From Bacteroidota bacterium (lineage in GTDB: Bacteria > Bacteroidota > Ignavibacteria > Kryptoniales > JAKASW01), in the NCBI GenBank assembly GCA_021789975.1, contig JAJYIT010000001.1, positions 12,247 through 76,246 of the forward strand: 64,000 bases of DNA, read 5' to 3'. Positions 1 through 9,791 of this stretch are shown here, piece by piece (the stretch's first letter is position 1; each line of letters opens with the position of its first letter). The position numbers were made by a program, and so were the translations under genes. The notes below the pieces were generated by a model, which searched no databases, was not told the origin of the DNA, and saw only the letters and a program-made list of their open reading frames with translations.

Positions 1-1055
1 CGGAATGGAACGACATTTCCGGCGCGACGAGCACGGCATATTCGTTCACGACGAATTCGACCGATAACGGAAAGAAATATCGGGCCGTTTTCACGAACAG
101 CGTTTCGTCCACTAACTCGGATGTCGCCACATTGACGGTGGAAAACACTGACGTCACCTTCGCCGACGGTTCTTCCTATTCACCTCCTGCGCCGGTTCCA
201 AACACGAACGACAATCCCATCGGCCGTTTCGAGTTGACAGCAGCCGCTTCAGGTGCGACGCTCTCCAGCATCACGATTACGTTGTCGGGAACCGCTACGG
301 GAGTCACCGCCGTTAAACTCTGGCAATCGGCGGATGATGCTTTTCGAGGAGACAATCAGCTTGGAACTGCGCAACCCTACAGTCCGCCCCCAACGTTCAG
401 CAGCCTATCTTCTGCGATATCCACGAGCGGGACGTACTACTTCGTGACTCTCGACCTTGATGCACCATCTGGTTCCGTCATGGCGTCGATCGCAGATAAC
501 TCTGCCATTACTCTTACTAATGGCACTCTGACAGGGATGTCTCCCCTTGCTCCTCTATCGCGGAGCGATAACTCTCTACCCGTGCAGGCGACAAATTTTG
601 CGACTGAAGCGACCTTTGGTTCAGTCACTCTATTTTGGGAAACTCAATCCGAGGTTTCAAACGCTGGATTCTACATCCTGCGGAAAGATCCGAATGCATC
701 GTCGTTCAATTTAATCGCGAGCTACACGAGCGACGACAGCCTTCGCGGTCTCGGTACAAACAGCGCCGGGAAGAAGTACCAGTTTGTCGATACGAAAGTC
801 ACATCCGGCGCGACATATAGTTACAAAATCCAGGCCGTCAACTCACAATCGATGACAACCAATGATGTAATGACTCTCTCCGTGACAGTTGACGTTCCTA
901 AGTCTTATGCACTCTATCAGAATTTTCCTAATCCGTTCAACCCGAGTACCACGATACGGTTCGACTTGAAGGATCCCTCCGCGGTGACGCTGGAGATATA
1001 CAATGTGCTGGGGCAGCGAGTGGAATTATGGAATGATGGATGCGGGAAGGTATGA
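1..1055 (+). CDS. Cell-surface/secreted protein, 5'-partial, carrying the first half of a T9SS (Por) C-terminal sorting domain; frame breaks near 1020-1030
   Basis: Frame 3 is open from nt 3 (EWNDISGATSTAYSFTTNSTDNGKKYRAVFTNSVSSTNSDVATLTV, an Ig-like surface repeat), so the gene enters from upstream. The C-terminus YQNFPNPFNPSTTIRFDLKDPSAVTLEIYNVLGQRV is the start of a T9SS CTD. The ORF then stops early at TGA 1053-1055. Confidence 0.75.
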   Translation, partial: EWNDISGATSTAYSFTTNSTDNGKKYRAVFTNSVSSTNSDVATLTVENTDVTFADGSSYSPPAPVPNTNDNPIGRFELTAAASGATLSSITITLSGTATGVTAVKLWQSADDAFRGDNQLGTAQPYSPPPTFSSLSSAISTSGTYYFVTLDLDAPSGSVMASIADNSAITLTNGTLTGMSPLAPLSRSDNSLPVQATNFATEATFGSVTLFWETQSEVSNAGFYILRKDPNASSFNLIASYTSDDSLRGLGTNSAGKKYQFVDTKVTSGATYSYKIQAVNSQSMTTNDVMTLSVTVDVPKSYALYQNFPNPFNPSTTIRFDLKDPSAVTLEIYNVLGQRVELWNDGCGKV

Positions 1056-1170
1056 TAAGCTGGTTAATATGAGCAGGTTTGCGAGCGGAGTGTATTACTA
1101 CCGCATAGTGGCACAGGGAAATCAGGGAGAAAGGTTTACTTCAATAAAGAAATCGATGCTTATCAAGTAG
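1021..1170 (+). pseudogene. Displaced second half of the same T9SS CTD, readable only in the +1 frame
   Basis: The +1 frame from 1021 reads WNYGMMDAGRYDKLVNMSRFASGVYYYRIVAQGNQGERFTSIKKSMLIK* (TAG 1168-1170). This is the canonical ...SGVYfYR...K end of T9SS CTDs, as at 9600-9687 and 22270-22351. Confidence 0.65.
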
Positions 1171-1447
1171 GGATATCGGCTCGAACACCGAGGCGCCCGT
1201 CAAAGCGTTAGCAAAAGATGGATGCCTCGGTGTGGCCGGTTGATAGAGAAAGTGATGGCAATTGCGTGAAGTAATTGCACCGAGTCTTTACGAGGTGCGA
1301 GGACTGCCCACCGGTGGGTTAGATTATCCGGGCTTGTCCGTGTAAGAAGAGTGTTCAAAAGGGTACCGCGAGAGGGGGGATTCTCCGGTTCGATACTTAG
1401 GTTTCCTTAGCCTATTTTGGTTGGAGAAAAAGGAAAGGGACATCAAA

Positions 1448-1948
1448 ATGCAGGAAACATCGGACGAGTATCGTAAAAGGATCATAGGTTACACGGAGGG
1501 TCGCGACCCGTTGAAGCTGCAGGCAGCGGCACCGAAGAAGCTTGAAGCACTGCTGAAGGGTGCGTCGCCGTCCATCTTGCACAGGAAACCCGCACCGGGA
1601 AAGTGGTCGATTGCGGAAATCGTCGCGCATCTCGCAGATACCGAACTCGTTGCTGGTTACAGGATCCGTGCAATACTCGGCGAGCCGGGTACATCGATTA
1701 TCGGATTCGACCAGGACGCCTGGGCCGCTGCATTACACTACGAGAAGCACAACGTGCAGAAATCTTTCGAGCAGTACTGCGCTTGTCGGATGGCGAACCT
1801 CGCTTTACTGAAGATGATAACTCCGAAACAGTGGAATCAATTCGGCATTCATTCCGAGCGCGGGAAGGAATCTGTCAAAATTATCGTTAGAATGTATGCA
1901 GGCCACGATATTAACCACTTCCGCCAGATAGAGCGGATACTTGAATAG
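1448..1948 (+). CDS. DinB-superfamily (DinB_2-like) metal-dependent protein
   Basis: [25 protein letters not shown] ... [16 protein letters not shown] shows the His-containing helix-bundle pattern of DinB_2. ATG 1448 follows the purine-rich aggaaaggga; the ORF-track TTG 1421 is less likely. Confidence 0.7.
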   Translation: MQETSDEYRKRIIGYTEGRDPLKLQAAAPKKLEALLKGASPSILHRKPAPGKWSIAEIVAHLADTELVAGYRIRAILGEPGTSIIGFDQDAWAAALHYEKHNVQKSFEQYCACRMANLALLKMITPKQWNQFGIHSERGKESVKIIVRMYAGHDINHFRQIERILE

Positions 1949-1955
1949 GAGAATT

Positions 1956-2945
<990 letters not shown>

Positions 2946-3046
2946 CGCAATAATGGTGATTGTCACTGTGCGTAATGATGACTTTGGAGCCAGCGGTCGC
3001 CACTGAGTAATTGGAAATCGCCCGAGGCTTTGTTAAAATAATCTTG

Positions 3047-3288
3047 ATGAGTCCGACGATCTTTCGGGAAAAGGGATACAGGTTCTACTTTCTCTCGAAC
3101 GAAGAAGATCGAGTTCACATTCATATCACCCGCGAAAAGGCGAAGCAAAGTTCTGGCTGGAGCCTATTCTTTCACTTGCAGAATATCATGGGCTTAATCA
3201 AAAGGATTTGAACGATATACGGAAAATCATAAAGGTACATGAGAGTGAAATCATTGCAGGATGGAAAAGACATTTTGGTGAGCGTTGA
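3047..3288 (+). pseudogene. DUF4160-family gene interrupted by a frameshift at the cgcg dinucleotide repeat (3131-3134)
   Basis: Frame A reads MSPTIFREKGYRFYFLSNEEDRVHIHIT. Frame A+2 continues RKGEAKFWLEPILSLAEYHGLNQKDLNDIRKIIKVHESEIIAGWKRHFGER* (TGA 3286-3288). Joined, they give a full-length DUF4160-type protein. Removing one cg restores the frame. Confidence 0.65.
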
Positions 3289-3607
3289 GAATATAACTTC
3301 TCTTGGAATCTGGCTTTTTGCCGATGGCAGAGAATATTACCTGACTTACGCTGACCCTCCTTACTTCAGAGAACAAACCTTGAGTTCCATTCAAGACGTA
3401 CAACTGCTTCACAGAACGCATCTGTACTGGCCTCGGCTCGACGTTGATCTAGAACTCGATAATCTAACAAACCCAGCGAAATATCCACTGAAATCCAGAG
3501 TCGTAGCAGAAGCCGGCTCTGCCGAAGGAAGCAACTATCACTCTGAGACAAATGGCAGACGTGGGGGCAAGAGAAAATTCCAAAAGGTTCTTAAGAAGAG
3601 GTCTTGA
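3239..3607 (+). CDS. DUF2442-family protein, the usual partner of DUF4160
   Basis: ...IWLFADGREYYLTYADPPYFREQTLSSIQDVQLLHRTHLYWPRLDVDLELDNL matches the DUF2442 pattern (fPWF...A...i.nve...LhWP.LDvDLs). A more likely start is GTG 3278, overlapping the DUF4160 stop by 11 nt. Confidence 0.65.
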   Translation: MRVKSLQDGKDILVSVENITSLGIWLFADGREYYLTYADPPYFREQTLSSIQDVQLLHRTHLYWPRLDVDLELDNLTNPAKYPLKSRVVAEAGSAEGSNYHSETNGRRGGKRKFQKVLKKRS

Positions 3608-3649
3608 CGCCACGCACTGAGAAGTCGAGTATGAGAAGAGAGGGGGCGG

Positions 3650-4303
3650 ATGGATAGCGCCGAAATTGAGTCGAAGCATCTCAAGCTGAACGAGAAGAAG
3701 TGGGACAGGTGGGCGGAGTCTCTGGATAATGAAAACTGGCGGACCAGGTTCCTTCGCGACGGACAAAGAAAAGTCATCGCGGTCGTCGATCTCAAAGAGG
3801 GTGCGAACTTTCTCGACATCGGCTGCGGAACCGGCTGGGCGGTGCATCTTGCCGCGGAATCGGTCAGCAATAACGGCACGTTTTACGGAGTTGACCTTTC
3901 ATCAAAGATGGTCGAGAAAGCGAAAGAAAATTTCAGGGGAAGAGAGAACTTTCATTTCGTGCAGGCAGACTCCGGCTCCATTCCACTTGATAGTGATTTC
4001 TTTGATGTGGTGATCTGTACCAACTCGTTCCATCACTACCTCCATCCGGAAAAAGTCATGGCCGAAATCAATCGTCTCTTAAAGTCCGGCGGAAAAGTCT
4101 ACATACTTGATCCGACCGCGGATACTTGGTTTGGAAAGATCTTTGACTGGATGGGCAGGATTACCGAGCACGCGCATGTGAAGATGTACAGCACGGAAGA
4201 GTTCAGGAACATGTTTACTGATTCAGGATTCAAGTACATCCGCACGGAGGTGGTAAGGTCGCTCGAGAAAATTCATATCGCGGAAAAACGAGCCAGGGTA
4301 TAG
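3650..4303 (+). CDS. Class I SAM-dependent methyltransferase (Methyltransf_11-like)
   Basis: Motif I is FLDIGCGTGW; post-I is YGVDLS; FDVVICTNSFHH and LKSGGKVYILD are also present. Confidence 0.85.
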   Translation: MDSAEIESKHLKLNEKKWDRWAESLDNENWRTRFLRDGQRKVIAVVDLKEGANFLDIGCGTGWAVHLAAESVSNNGTFYGVDLSSKMVEKAKENFRGRENFHFVQADSGSIPLDSDFFDVVICTNSFHHYLHPEKVMAEINRLLKSGGKVYILDPTADTWFGKIFDWMGRITEHAHVKMYSTEEFRNMFTDSGFKYIRTEVVRSLEKIHIAEKRARV

Positions 4304-4454
4304 GATGTAGGATATACGGAACCGTGGCGACATCCATGTCCGGTATTCATGTTACGGCATTGGCGCTCGACTCGCTAAAGGAATCCACCGGTCAACCGTT
4401 AGATGATGAATTTTTCTCATGCCCGGCGCCGGAGTCGGTCGACTCAGAGATAGT

Positions 4455-5033
4455 TTACATCTTCATCCGAATCATCGCAGCCGTTGGCGCAAGGACAATG
4501 TGCTTTGATGGGTCTTCCAGAACTTTGATGAGATCATGGTCGTCCGTGAAGTGGCCGTTCTCTTTCAAACCCTTCAGCACATGGTGGACGGATTCCCTGA
4601 GAAGTTTTGAGTCGGCACGTTCCTCGAGAACTTCGAGAACGGGCATGAGTGAGGGCCTGCCTACTTTGATCAAACCTTCGGCTGCGAGCCACCGTATGTT
4701 AGTGTCTTCGTTTTCAAGAGCATTGATCAGGATCGGAATGCAGTCGGGGTGAGCCATCTCGCTGAGCGTCTTTATCGCTTCCCAGCTCACCTGCTTCTGC
4801 GAAAGGTATTGCAATCCGACCAGGAAATTGATTGCAGGTTTTCCGATTTTCACAAGTTCCCGTCTCGCCTCCTGTCTCTTAATACTATCGTTACTGAAAA
4901 GAAGTTGAACGAGCGCCCCTATATTTTTCTCTTGCACTTCGATTCTCTTTGTTAATATTGAGTCCATAATCTCCTCATGATTTGACAACAGCTCATTATA
5001 TATAGAAATTCCCGGAGCCAACCTCTTTTCCAA
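4455..5033 (-). CDS. HEAT-repeat protein
   Basis: Repeated helical units: RQEARRELVKIGKPAINFLV and IPILINALENEDTNIRWLAAEGLIKVGRPSLMPVL, the HEAT_2/PBS-lyase-like pattern. Confidence 0.7.
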   Translation of the reverse strand: MEKRLAPGISIYNELLSNHEEIMDSILTKRIEVQEKNIGALVQLLFSNDSIKRQEARRELVKIGKPAINFLVGLQYLSQKQVSWEAIKTLSEMAHPDCIPILINALENEDTNIRWLAAEGLIKVGRPSLMPVLEVLEERADSKLLRESVHHVLKGLKENGHFTDDHDLIKVLEDPSKHIVLAPTAAMIRMKM

Positions 5034-5577
5034 AAATAGTCAAAATCGATGGAGTCAAGGGCTGTTCCAACCTTATATAATTCCCTCCTAATGTTCCCAA
5101 TAGTATTGCCCGACCCATCAAGCTTCCTTCCGCGCAGGAGTAATAATCCGAAGTGTGTTCATCGGGGATTATCTGAGTCACGCCCTTGACATTTCGGGCA
5201 GGGATTTCTAAACTATAATCGTTTTACGAGTCGTGTGTCGAAGCGATGGGTGAGCACTAAAGCATGGGAGGCGTCGCTGTTCAACCTGCTGTTTCGTATC
5301 AGGGGCTTGGCGCGCATATCGTTATCAAAAGCCGCCGAGCATTTATTACGAAAAAGTCAGTCTACATATCAGTCGAGGGGGACTTAATGTCTTCGCTATC
5401 GCATGATGTTCAATAGTCGGTCGGATGCCCCAACATTTCGTGGATCGCGGCATGACCGAACCCACTGAGGCAATTTCGCTTTATCCAGAAGTTCGACAGA
5501 ACCATTGAAGAGGCGGAGAAGGTATTTCTCCGCGTATATCATTCAAGGAAATCTTCATCCTAAACAACAGGAGGCTT

Positions 5578-8500
5578 ATGATGCGGAAACTATTCTTACC
5601 TGCGTTTCTTTTTGTCGTTCCCCTGATCCTCAACAGCAGGGCATTTGGTCAGGCTGTCGGTGATTACGGATCAAACGGAACAGGCGGAGGGAACTGGAGC
5701 TCTGGCACTACATGGGTCGTGTGCACCACTGCCGGCACATGGTCGGGAGCAACAGCGGCAACATCCACGCCAAGCAAGAGCGACAATGTCTGGATAAGAA
5801 CGGCCGATGTGGTTACACTCGACGCGAGTGGAAAGAATTGTAAGGATCTTACGATTCAATCGGGAGCCACATTCCAGGGGAACCACTCCCTTCCGACCAG
5901 CAGTATCGTCTATGTTCGAATCAACGGGACGACAATTCAGTGCGACGGCAATCTAGGTAATGGACCCACTGATAACATCTCTTTAGAATTCTTGAACGAC
6001 GTTACGCTTCAGGGGACCGGAACAGTAAATATCGGGCGCTTGAGACCGAATTCCGGTTTCGCAGGTCCCGGATCGTTTACCTTTGCCATGAATGCTAACA
6101 TCAATTACGCGGGATCGGGCGGCACCGGAGGATCAGGAATCTATTCCGACAACAGCGGCACTGGTAAAACATTTACGTTCAATGTGAATGCTGGCGATAC
6201 TCTTAATTTCGCTCCTAACAGCAACCTGACAACCGGTTCAAGCACTTCCGAAAGTGGAACTGCCACAACAGTATTCAACATAGACGGCGTAGTCAACGTT
6301 GGCTACGGAAATGTATTCTTGGCCGATACGATAGGGACTTGCACCGTCAACATCAATGGCACACTCAATGTTGGTAAGACGCTGACTCCACAATACGGAA
6401 ATAGTAATGTGGCGACAATAACCGTGGGCGCCGTCGGAACTCTGAACATGCTCGGTACGGGGACTGCAAATTTTAGCTGCGACACTGCCGTTGTTACCGG
6501 GGCCGGTTCATTCAGATTGTCTCCCGGTGCCAGGATATCTATCGGCGCGGCTGCGGGTCTCGATCAGACAACTGGACCGATCAGGACGGCAACAAGAACG
6601 TTCAGCAATTCCGGGAGCTACGTCTTCGCCGGAACCACCGCACAATTGACTGGAACTGAATTGCCTTCAACCATTGGGTCGCTCGGCGTAAATAATCCAG
6701 CCGGGCTTTCGTTGACGAACAATCTGGAAGTGGATTCCTCTCTATCCATGACAAAGGGAACTCTCAGCATTAATGGCAAGGCTCTTACCTACGGTACCGA
6801 AGCGAAACTCTTGTACAATGGCACGGCAGCCCAGAACACGTCAGAAGAGCTGCTGGCAACATTACCGAATATGGAGGTGGACAACGATGCTGGGATTACT
6901 CTTTCGGCCAGCACCACGATCTCGGGAACCCTGACTTTCTCTTCCGGAAAAATTTCGACCGGGGCAAACACTCTGACTGCCGAAGCATCGAAGATAACAG
7001 GTGCAGGTCCTTCGAGTTTTGTCGATGGAACATTAGCGTGCCCGGTTGCTGCTGTCGGCACCTTTGGTTTTCCCGTGGGGCAGGGTTCGGATTTTCTTCC
7101 CGATACTTTGAATTTCACGGCACTGACAGGAACCGGTTCAGTTCGAGTGTCCGTAGAAGATACTTCAGCAACACCGCCTGTACCTGCTATCGATCCGACG
7201 ACCAAGGTATTGAAGAGATACGTCCATATTGTCAAGGACGCAGGGATCACGGCATTATCCGCAGATGTGGTCCTGAGTTATGCCGATGCGGATCTCGCTG
7301 CGGCCGGCGGCATCGATGAATCGACTCTGAACGTTATCGGCACCGATGGCTCAACATGGTCGCAGGTGCCCGTATCGGTGCGCGTAACTGCCGATAACAC
7401 TCTTCAGATGTCCGGCCTGACCTCGCTGTCGGATTACGCGATCAGCTATCCTCCTGCTCCGAAAATAAATGTTGTCTCTATCGCCGAAGCTCGCAAAGAT
7501 GATAATCACGACTTCGTTCCTGACCACAAGGTCATCGGGGACACTCTAAAGATCTACGCAGTCGTCATCTCTCCGGATGTCGGATCTTCTTCCTACAGCT
7601 CCTATTATGTTCAGGATGCAACCGGCGGAATTGACGTCTTCGTGTATGGCTCAAAGATGCAGTTTGAAGTCGGTGATTCGGTCTTCGTTATCGGTACGGT
7701 CTATCAGAACAAAGGGTTGACTGAAATCGAGCCGCTAAAAGCAGACTCATCCAACTTCGGTCTCGTCAAACATAATGCTGTGGTTCCAAAACCGAAGCAC
7801 TTGACTTTGCACGAGTATCTCACGAATGCTGAGACAGTGGAGGGATCACTCGTAGAAGTAGACAGCCTGTATAAAGCTTCGGGTACGTGGGGGAAGGGGA
7901 AGAACATCTACGTGACGAATGTAAGCGGCACTGACACGACAATATTATACTTAAACGGAAATACTAACGCAGGACTTTCCGCGGAGCCGGCGTATCCGAT
8001 CAACCTGATCGGTCTGGCGAGTCAGTACACTTCAAGCGTCCCGGCGAACAACGGCTATGAGATCATTCCGCGCGACTCGACTGACATCTCCAAAACAAGA
8101 CTCATCTCCGTGGTCACGATAGCTGAAGCGAGAAAGGATGATAACCACGATTTCATTCCCGACCACTCACTGAACGGAGGTGACACGTTGATGGTTTATG
8201 GAGTCGTGACGTCTCCAAATCTCAGCTCATCGTACTCGAACTACTTCATCGAGGATTCGACTGCCGGCATTAACGTTTACAGAGGCGGTGCAATAATGCC
8301 GTTTAATATCGGAGATTCTGTCTTCGTTATCGGCAGGATAATGCAATACAACGGCTACACGGAGATCAGTCCTCTCGCCGCCGATTCGGCCCATTTCGGA
8401 TTGCTCAAACACGATGCTGCGGTCCCGAAGCCTGTTCGCGTATCCCTGCATGACTACGCCGCTAACGGTGAAGCGTATGAAGGGTCACTTATCGAGATCG

Positions 8501-9687
8501 ACACGTTGTACAAGGCCTCCGGTGCTTGGGGAGTTGGTCAGAGCGTTTACCTCACAGACGCTGGCCATGCAGACACTTTGCAGATGTACCTGAACTCTTA
8601 CACGAACACCGGCAGCTCGGTCGAGCCGAAGTATCCGATTAACCTGGTTGGTATAGCAACTCAATACAGCAAGAGCTCTCCGCCGAACGACGGATACGAA
8701 GTTGTCCCGCGCGACTCGCTCGACATTACGCACACAAGCGTTCCGACGACAGTCACGATTGCTGAGGCGCGGAAGGACGACGATCATGATTTGGTGCCGG
8801 ACTACCTCGTTACCGGCGATACACTTGAAGTTAGCGGAGTAGTCACAACTCCTAACCTTCTGGGGACTACCGGGACGGCGTATTGCATACAGGATCCAAC
8901 CGGTGGGATATATGTCTATAAAGGTGGGACCGCGATGGACTTCAGCCGGGGAGATTCGGTATTGGCAATCGGTACCATCGCACAATATCACGGCTTAACG
9001 GAATTCGCGTTGGTTAGCGCAGATTCTCTTCACTTCAAGCTATTGAGGCACGACGCAGCACTTCCCGATGTGAAGAAGCTTAGCTTACACGAATTCGTTC
9101 AGAATGCGGAAACCTATGAGAGCCAGCTCGTTGAGGTGGATACACTCTATAAAGCGTCAGGCACCTGGCCCGCAGCAGGTTCTTATTCGAGCATTTACTT
9201 GACTGATCCGAACAAAGCCGATACGCTGCAAATGTACATTAACAAGACCACAAGCGTTGCCGGATCCCCAGAGCCGTTGTACCCGATCAATCTGGTCGGG
9301 GTGGTCAGCCAGTATTCGCCTGGAAGCACTGTCAATAGCGGGTACGAAATTATCCCGCGTGATACGAATGACGTCACTTACCTTGAGATCGTCGGCGTCC
9401 ATGAGAAGACCGACGGTGTGCCGAAGGACTTTTATCTGACGCAGAACTATCCGAATCCATTCAACCCGTCTACGAAGATCGAGTTCGGATTGCCTCAGGA
9501 GACGTCGGTACAGATTACTGTCTTCAACGTGCTGGGACAGAGTGTAGAGGTCCTTGTCGATAGGGTCATGAAAGCAGGTTACCATAGCGTTGTCTTCAAC
9601 GGTGACCGCCTGCCATCCGGCGTTTACTTCTACGTAATGAGGGCCGGCGAGAAGGTGTTCAAGCACAAGATGATGCTGGTCAAATAA
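5578..9687 (+). CDS. Giant secreted T9SS cargo protein (1369 aa): G/T/N/S-rich N-terminal region, three OB-fold-like repeat modules and a C-terminal T9SS sorting domain
   Basis: aggagg precedes the ATG. Signal peptide is MMRKLFLPAFLFVVPLILNSRAFGQ. The CTD reads NYPNPFNPSTKIEFGL...VFNVLGQSV...SGVYFYVMRAGEKVFKHKMMLVK. Confidence 0.9.
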   Translation: MMRKLFLPAFLFVVPLILNSRAFGQAVGDYGSNGTGGGNWSSGTTWVVCTTAGTWSGATAATSTPSKSDNVWIRTADVVTLDASGKNCKDLTIQSGATFQGNHSLPTSSIVYVRINGTTIQCDGNLGNGPTDNISLEFLNDVTLQGTGTVNIGRLRPNSGFAGPGSFTFAMNANINYAGSGGTGGSGIYSDNSGTGKTFTFNVNAGDTLNFAPNSNLTTGSSTSESGTATTVFNIDGVVNVGYGNVFLADTIGTCTVNINGTLNVGKTLTPQYGNSNVATITVGAVGTLNMLGTGTANFSCDTAVVTGAGSFRLSPGARISIGAAAGLDQTTGPIRTATRTFSNSGSYVFAGTTAQLTGTELPSTIGSLGVNNPAGLSLTNNLEVDSSLSMTKGTLSINGKALTYGTEAKLLYNGTAAQNTSEELLATLPNMEVDNDAGITLSASTTISGTLTFSSGKISTGANTLTAEASKITGAGPSSFVDGTLACPVAAVGTFGFPVGQGSDFLPDTLNFTALTGTGSVRVSVEDTSATPPVPAIDPTTKVLKRYVHIVKDAGITALSADVVLSYADADLAAAGGIDESTLNVIGTDGSTWSQVPVSVRVTADNTLQMSGLTSLSDYAISYPPAPKINVVSIAEARKDDNHDFVPDHKVIGDTLKIYAVVISPDVGSSSYSSYYVQDATGGIDVFVYGSKMQFEVGDSVFVIGTVYQNKGLTEIEPLKADSSNFGLVKHNAVVPKPKHLTLHEYLTNAETVEGSLVEVDSLYKASGTWGKGKNIYVTNVSGTDTTILYLNGNTNAGLSAEPAYPINLIGLASQYTSSVPANNGYEIIPRDSTDISKTRLISVVTIAEARKDDNHDFIPDHSLNGGDTLMVYGVVTSPNLSSSYSNYFIEDSTAGINVYRGGAIMPFNIGDSVFVIGRIMQYNGYTEISPLAADSAHFGLLKHDAAVPKPVRVSLHDYAANGEAYEGSLIEIDTLYKASGAWGVGQSVYLTDAGHADTLQMYLNSYTNTGSSVEPKYPINLVGIATQYSKSSPPNDGYEVVPRDSLDITHTSVPTTVTIAEARKDDDHDLVPDYLVTGDTLEVSGVVTTPNLLGTTGTAYCIQDPTGGIYVYKGGTAMDFSRGDSVLAIGTIAQYHGLTEFALVSADSLHFKLLRHDAALPDVKKLSLHEFVQNAETYESQLVEVDTLYKASGTWPAAGSYSSIYLTDPNKADTLQMYINKTTSVAGSPEPLYPINLVGVVSQYSPGSTVNSGYEIIPRDTNDVTYLEIVGVHEKTDGVPKDFYLTQNYPNPFNPSTKIEFGLPQETSVQITVFNVLGQSVEVLVDRVMKAGYHSVVFNGDRLPSGVYFYVMRAGEKVFKHKMMLVK
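7465..9384 (+). repeat. Three in-frame tandem repeats of ~633-648 nt (~210 aa each) inside the giant T9SS protein: 7465-8097, 8098-8736, 8737-9384
   Basis: Each unit reads (V)TIAEARKDDNHDF(V/I)PDH..GDTL.V.GVV.SP...Y(Y/F).QD.TGGI.V(Y/F)....M.F..GDSV.VIG...QY.G.TE(I/F)....ADS..F.L(L/V)(K/R)H.A..P.....L(H)(E/D)(Y/F)..N.E..E(G/S).L(V/I)E(V/I)D.LYKASG.W...YPINL.G...QY......N.GYE..PRD..D(I/V). Confidence 0.9.
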
Positions 9688-9713
9688 CGACATTTGTCCT
9701 CCCAGCTACAACT

Positions 9714-9755
9714 AACCGCGACCTGAAGTGCATGTGGGTCGCGGTTTTCTTTTAC
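9714..9755 (+). terminator. Rho-independent terminator of the giant T9SS gene
   Basis: A perfect 10-bp stem aaccgcgacc (9714-9723) / ggtcgcggtt (9737-9746) with a 13-nt loop is followed by ttttctttt, starting 27 nt after the TAA stop. Confidence 0.8.
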
Positions 9756-9791
9756 GGAACCTGATATACCTCTGCTTCGTTTTCTATTTAG

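Noticed and set aside
1029-1041. The 13-mer tccatcattccat (reverse strand at 1029-1041, exactly at the T9SS frameshift site) is identical to part of the motif at 22497-22509.
   Set aside because: 4^13 is about 6.7e7, against roughly 8e9 position pairs on both strands of 64 kb. Exact shared 13-mers are therefore expected by chance, and I do not link this site to the cluster motif.
1185-1233. A perfect 10-bp inverted repeat, acaccgaggc/gcctcggtgt with a 29-nt loop, lies 15 nt after the T9SS gene stop.
   Set aside because: The loop is too large and there is no U tract, so it is not a canonical terminator. I could not match any riboswitch consensus, and the function is undetermined.
5187-5222. 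A sigma70-like promoter, TTGACA-17 nt-TAAACT (followed by TATAAT), lies in the 540-nt gap upstream of the giant T9SS gene. That gap might also hold a gene remnant or ncRNA.
   Set aside because: It is a single consensus-like hit in a long AT-balanced gap. FCB-type bacteria often use different promoter consensus sequences. Six-frame translation of 5200-5577 gave no recognisable protein fragment.
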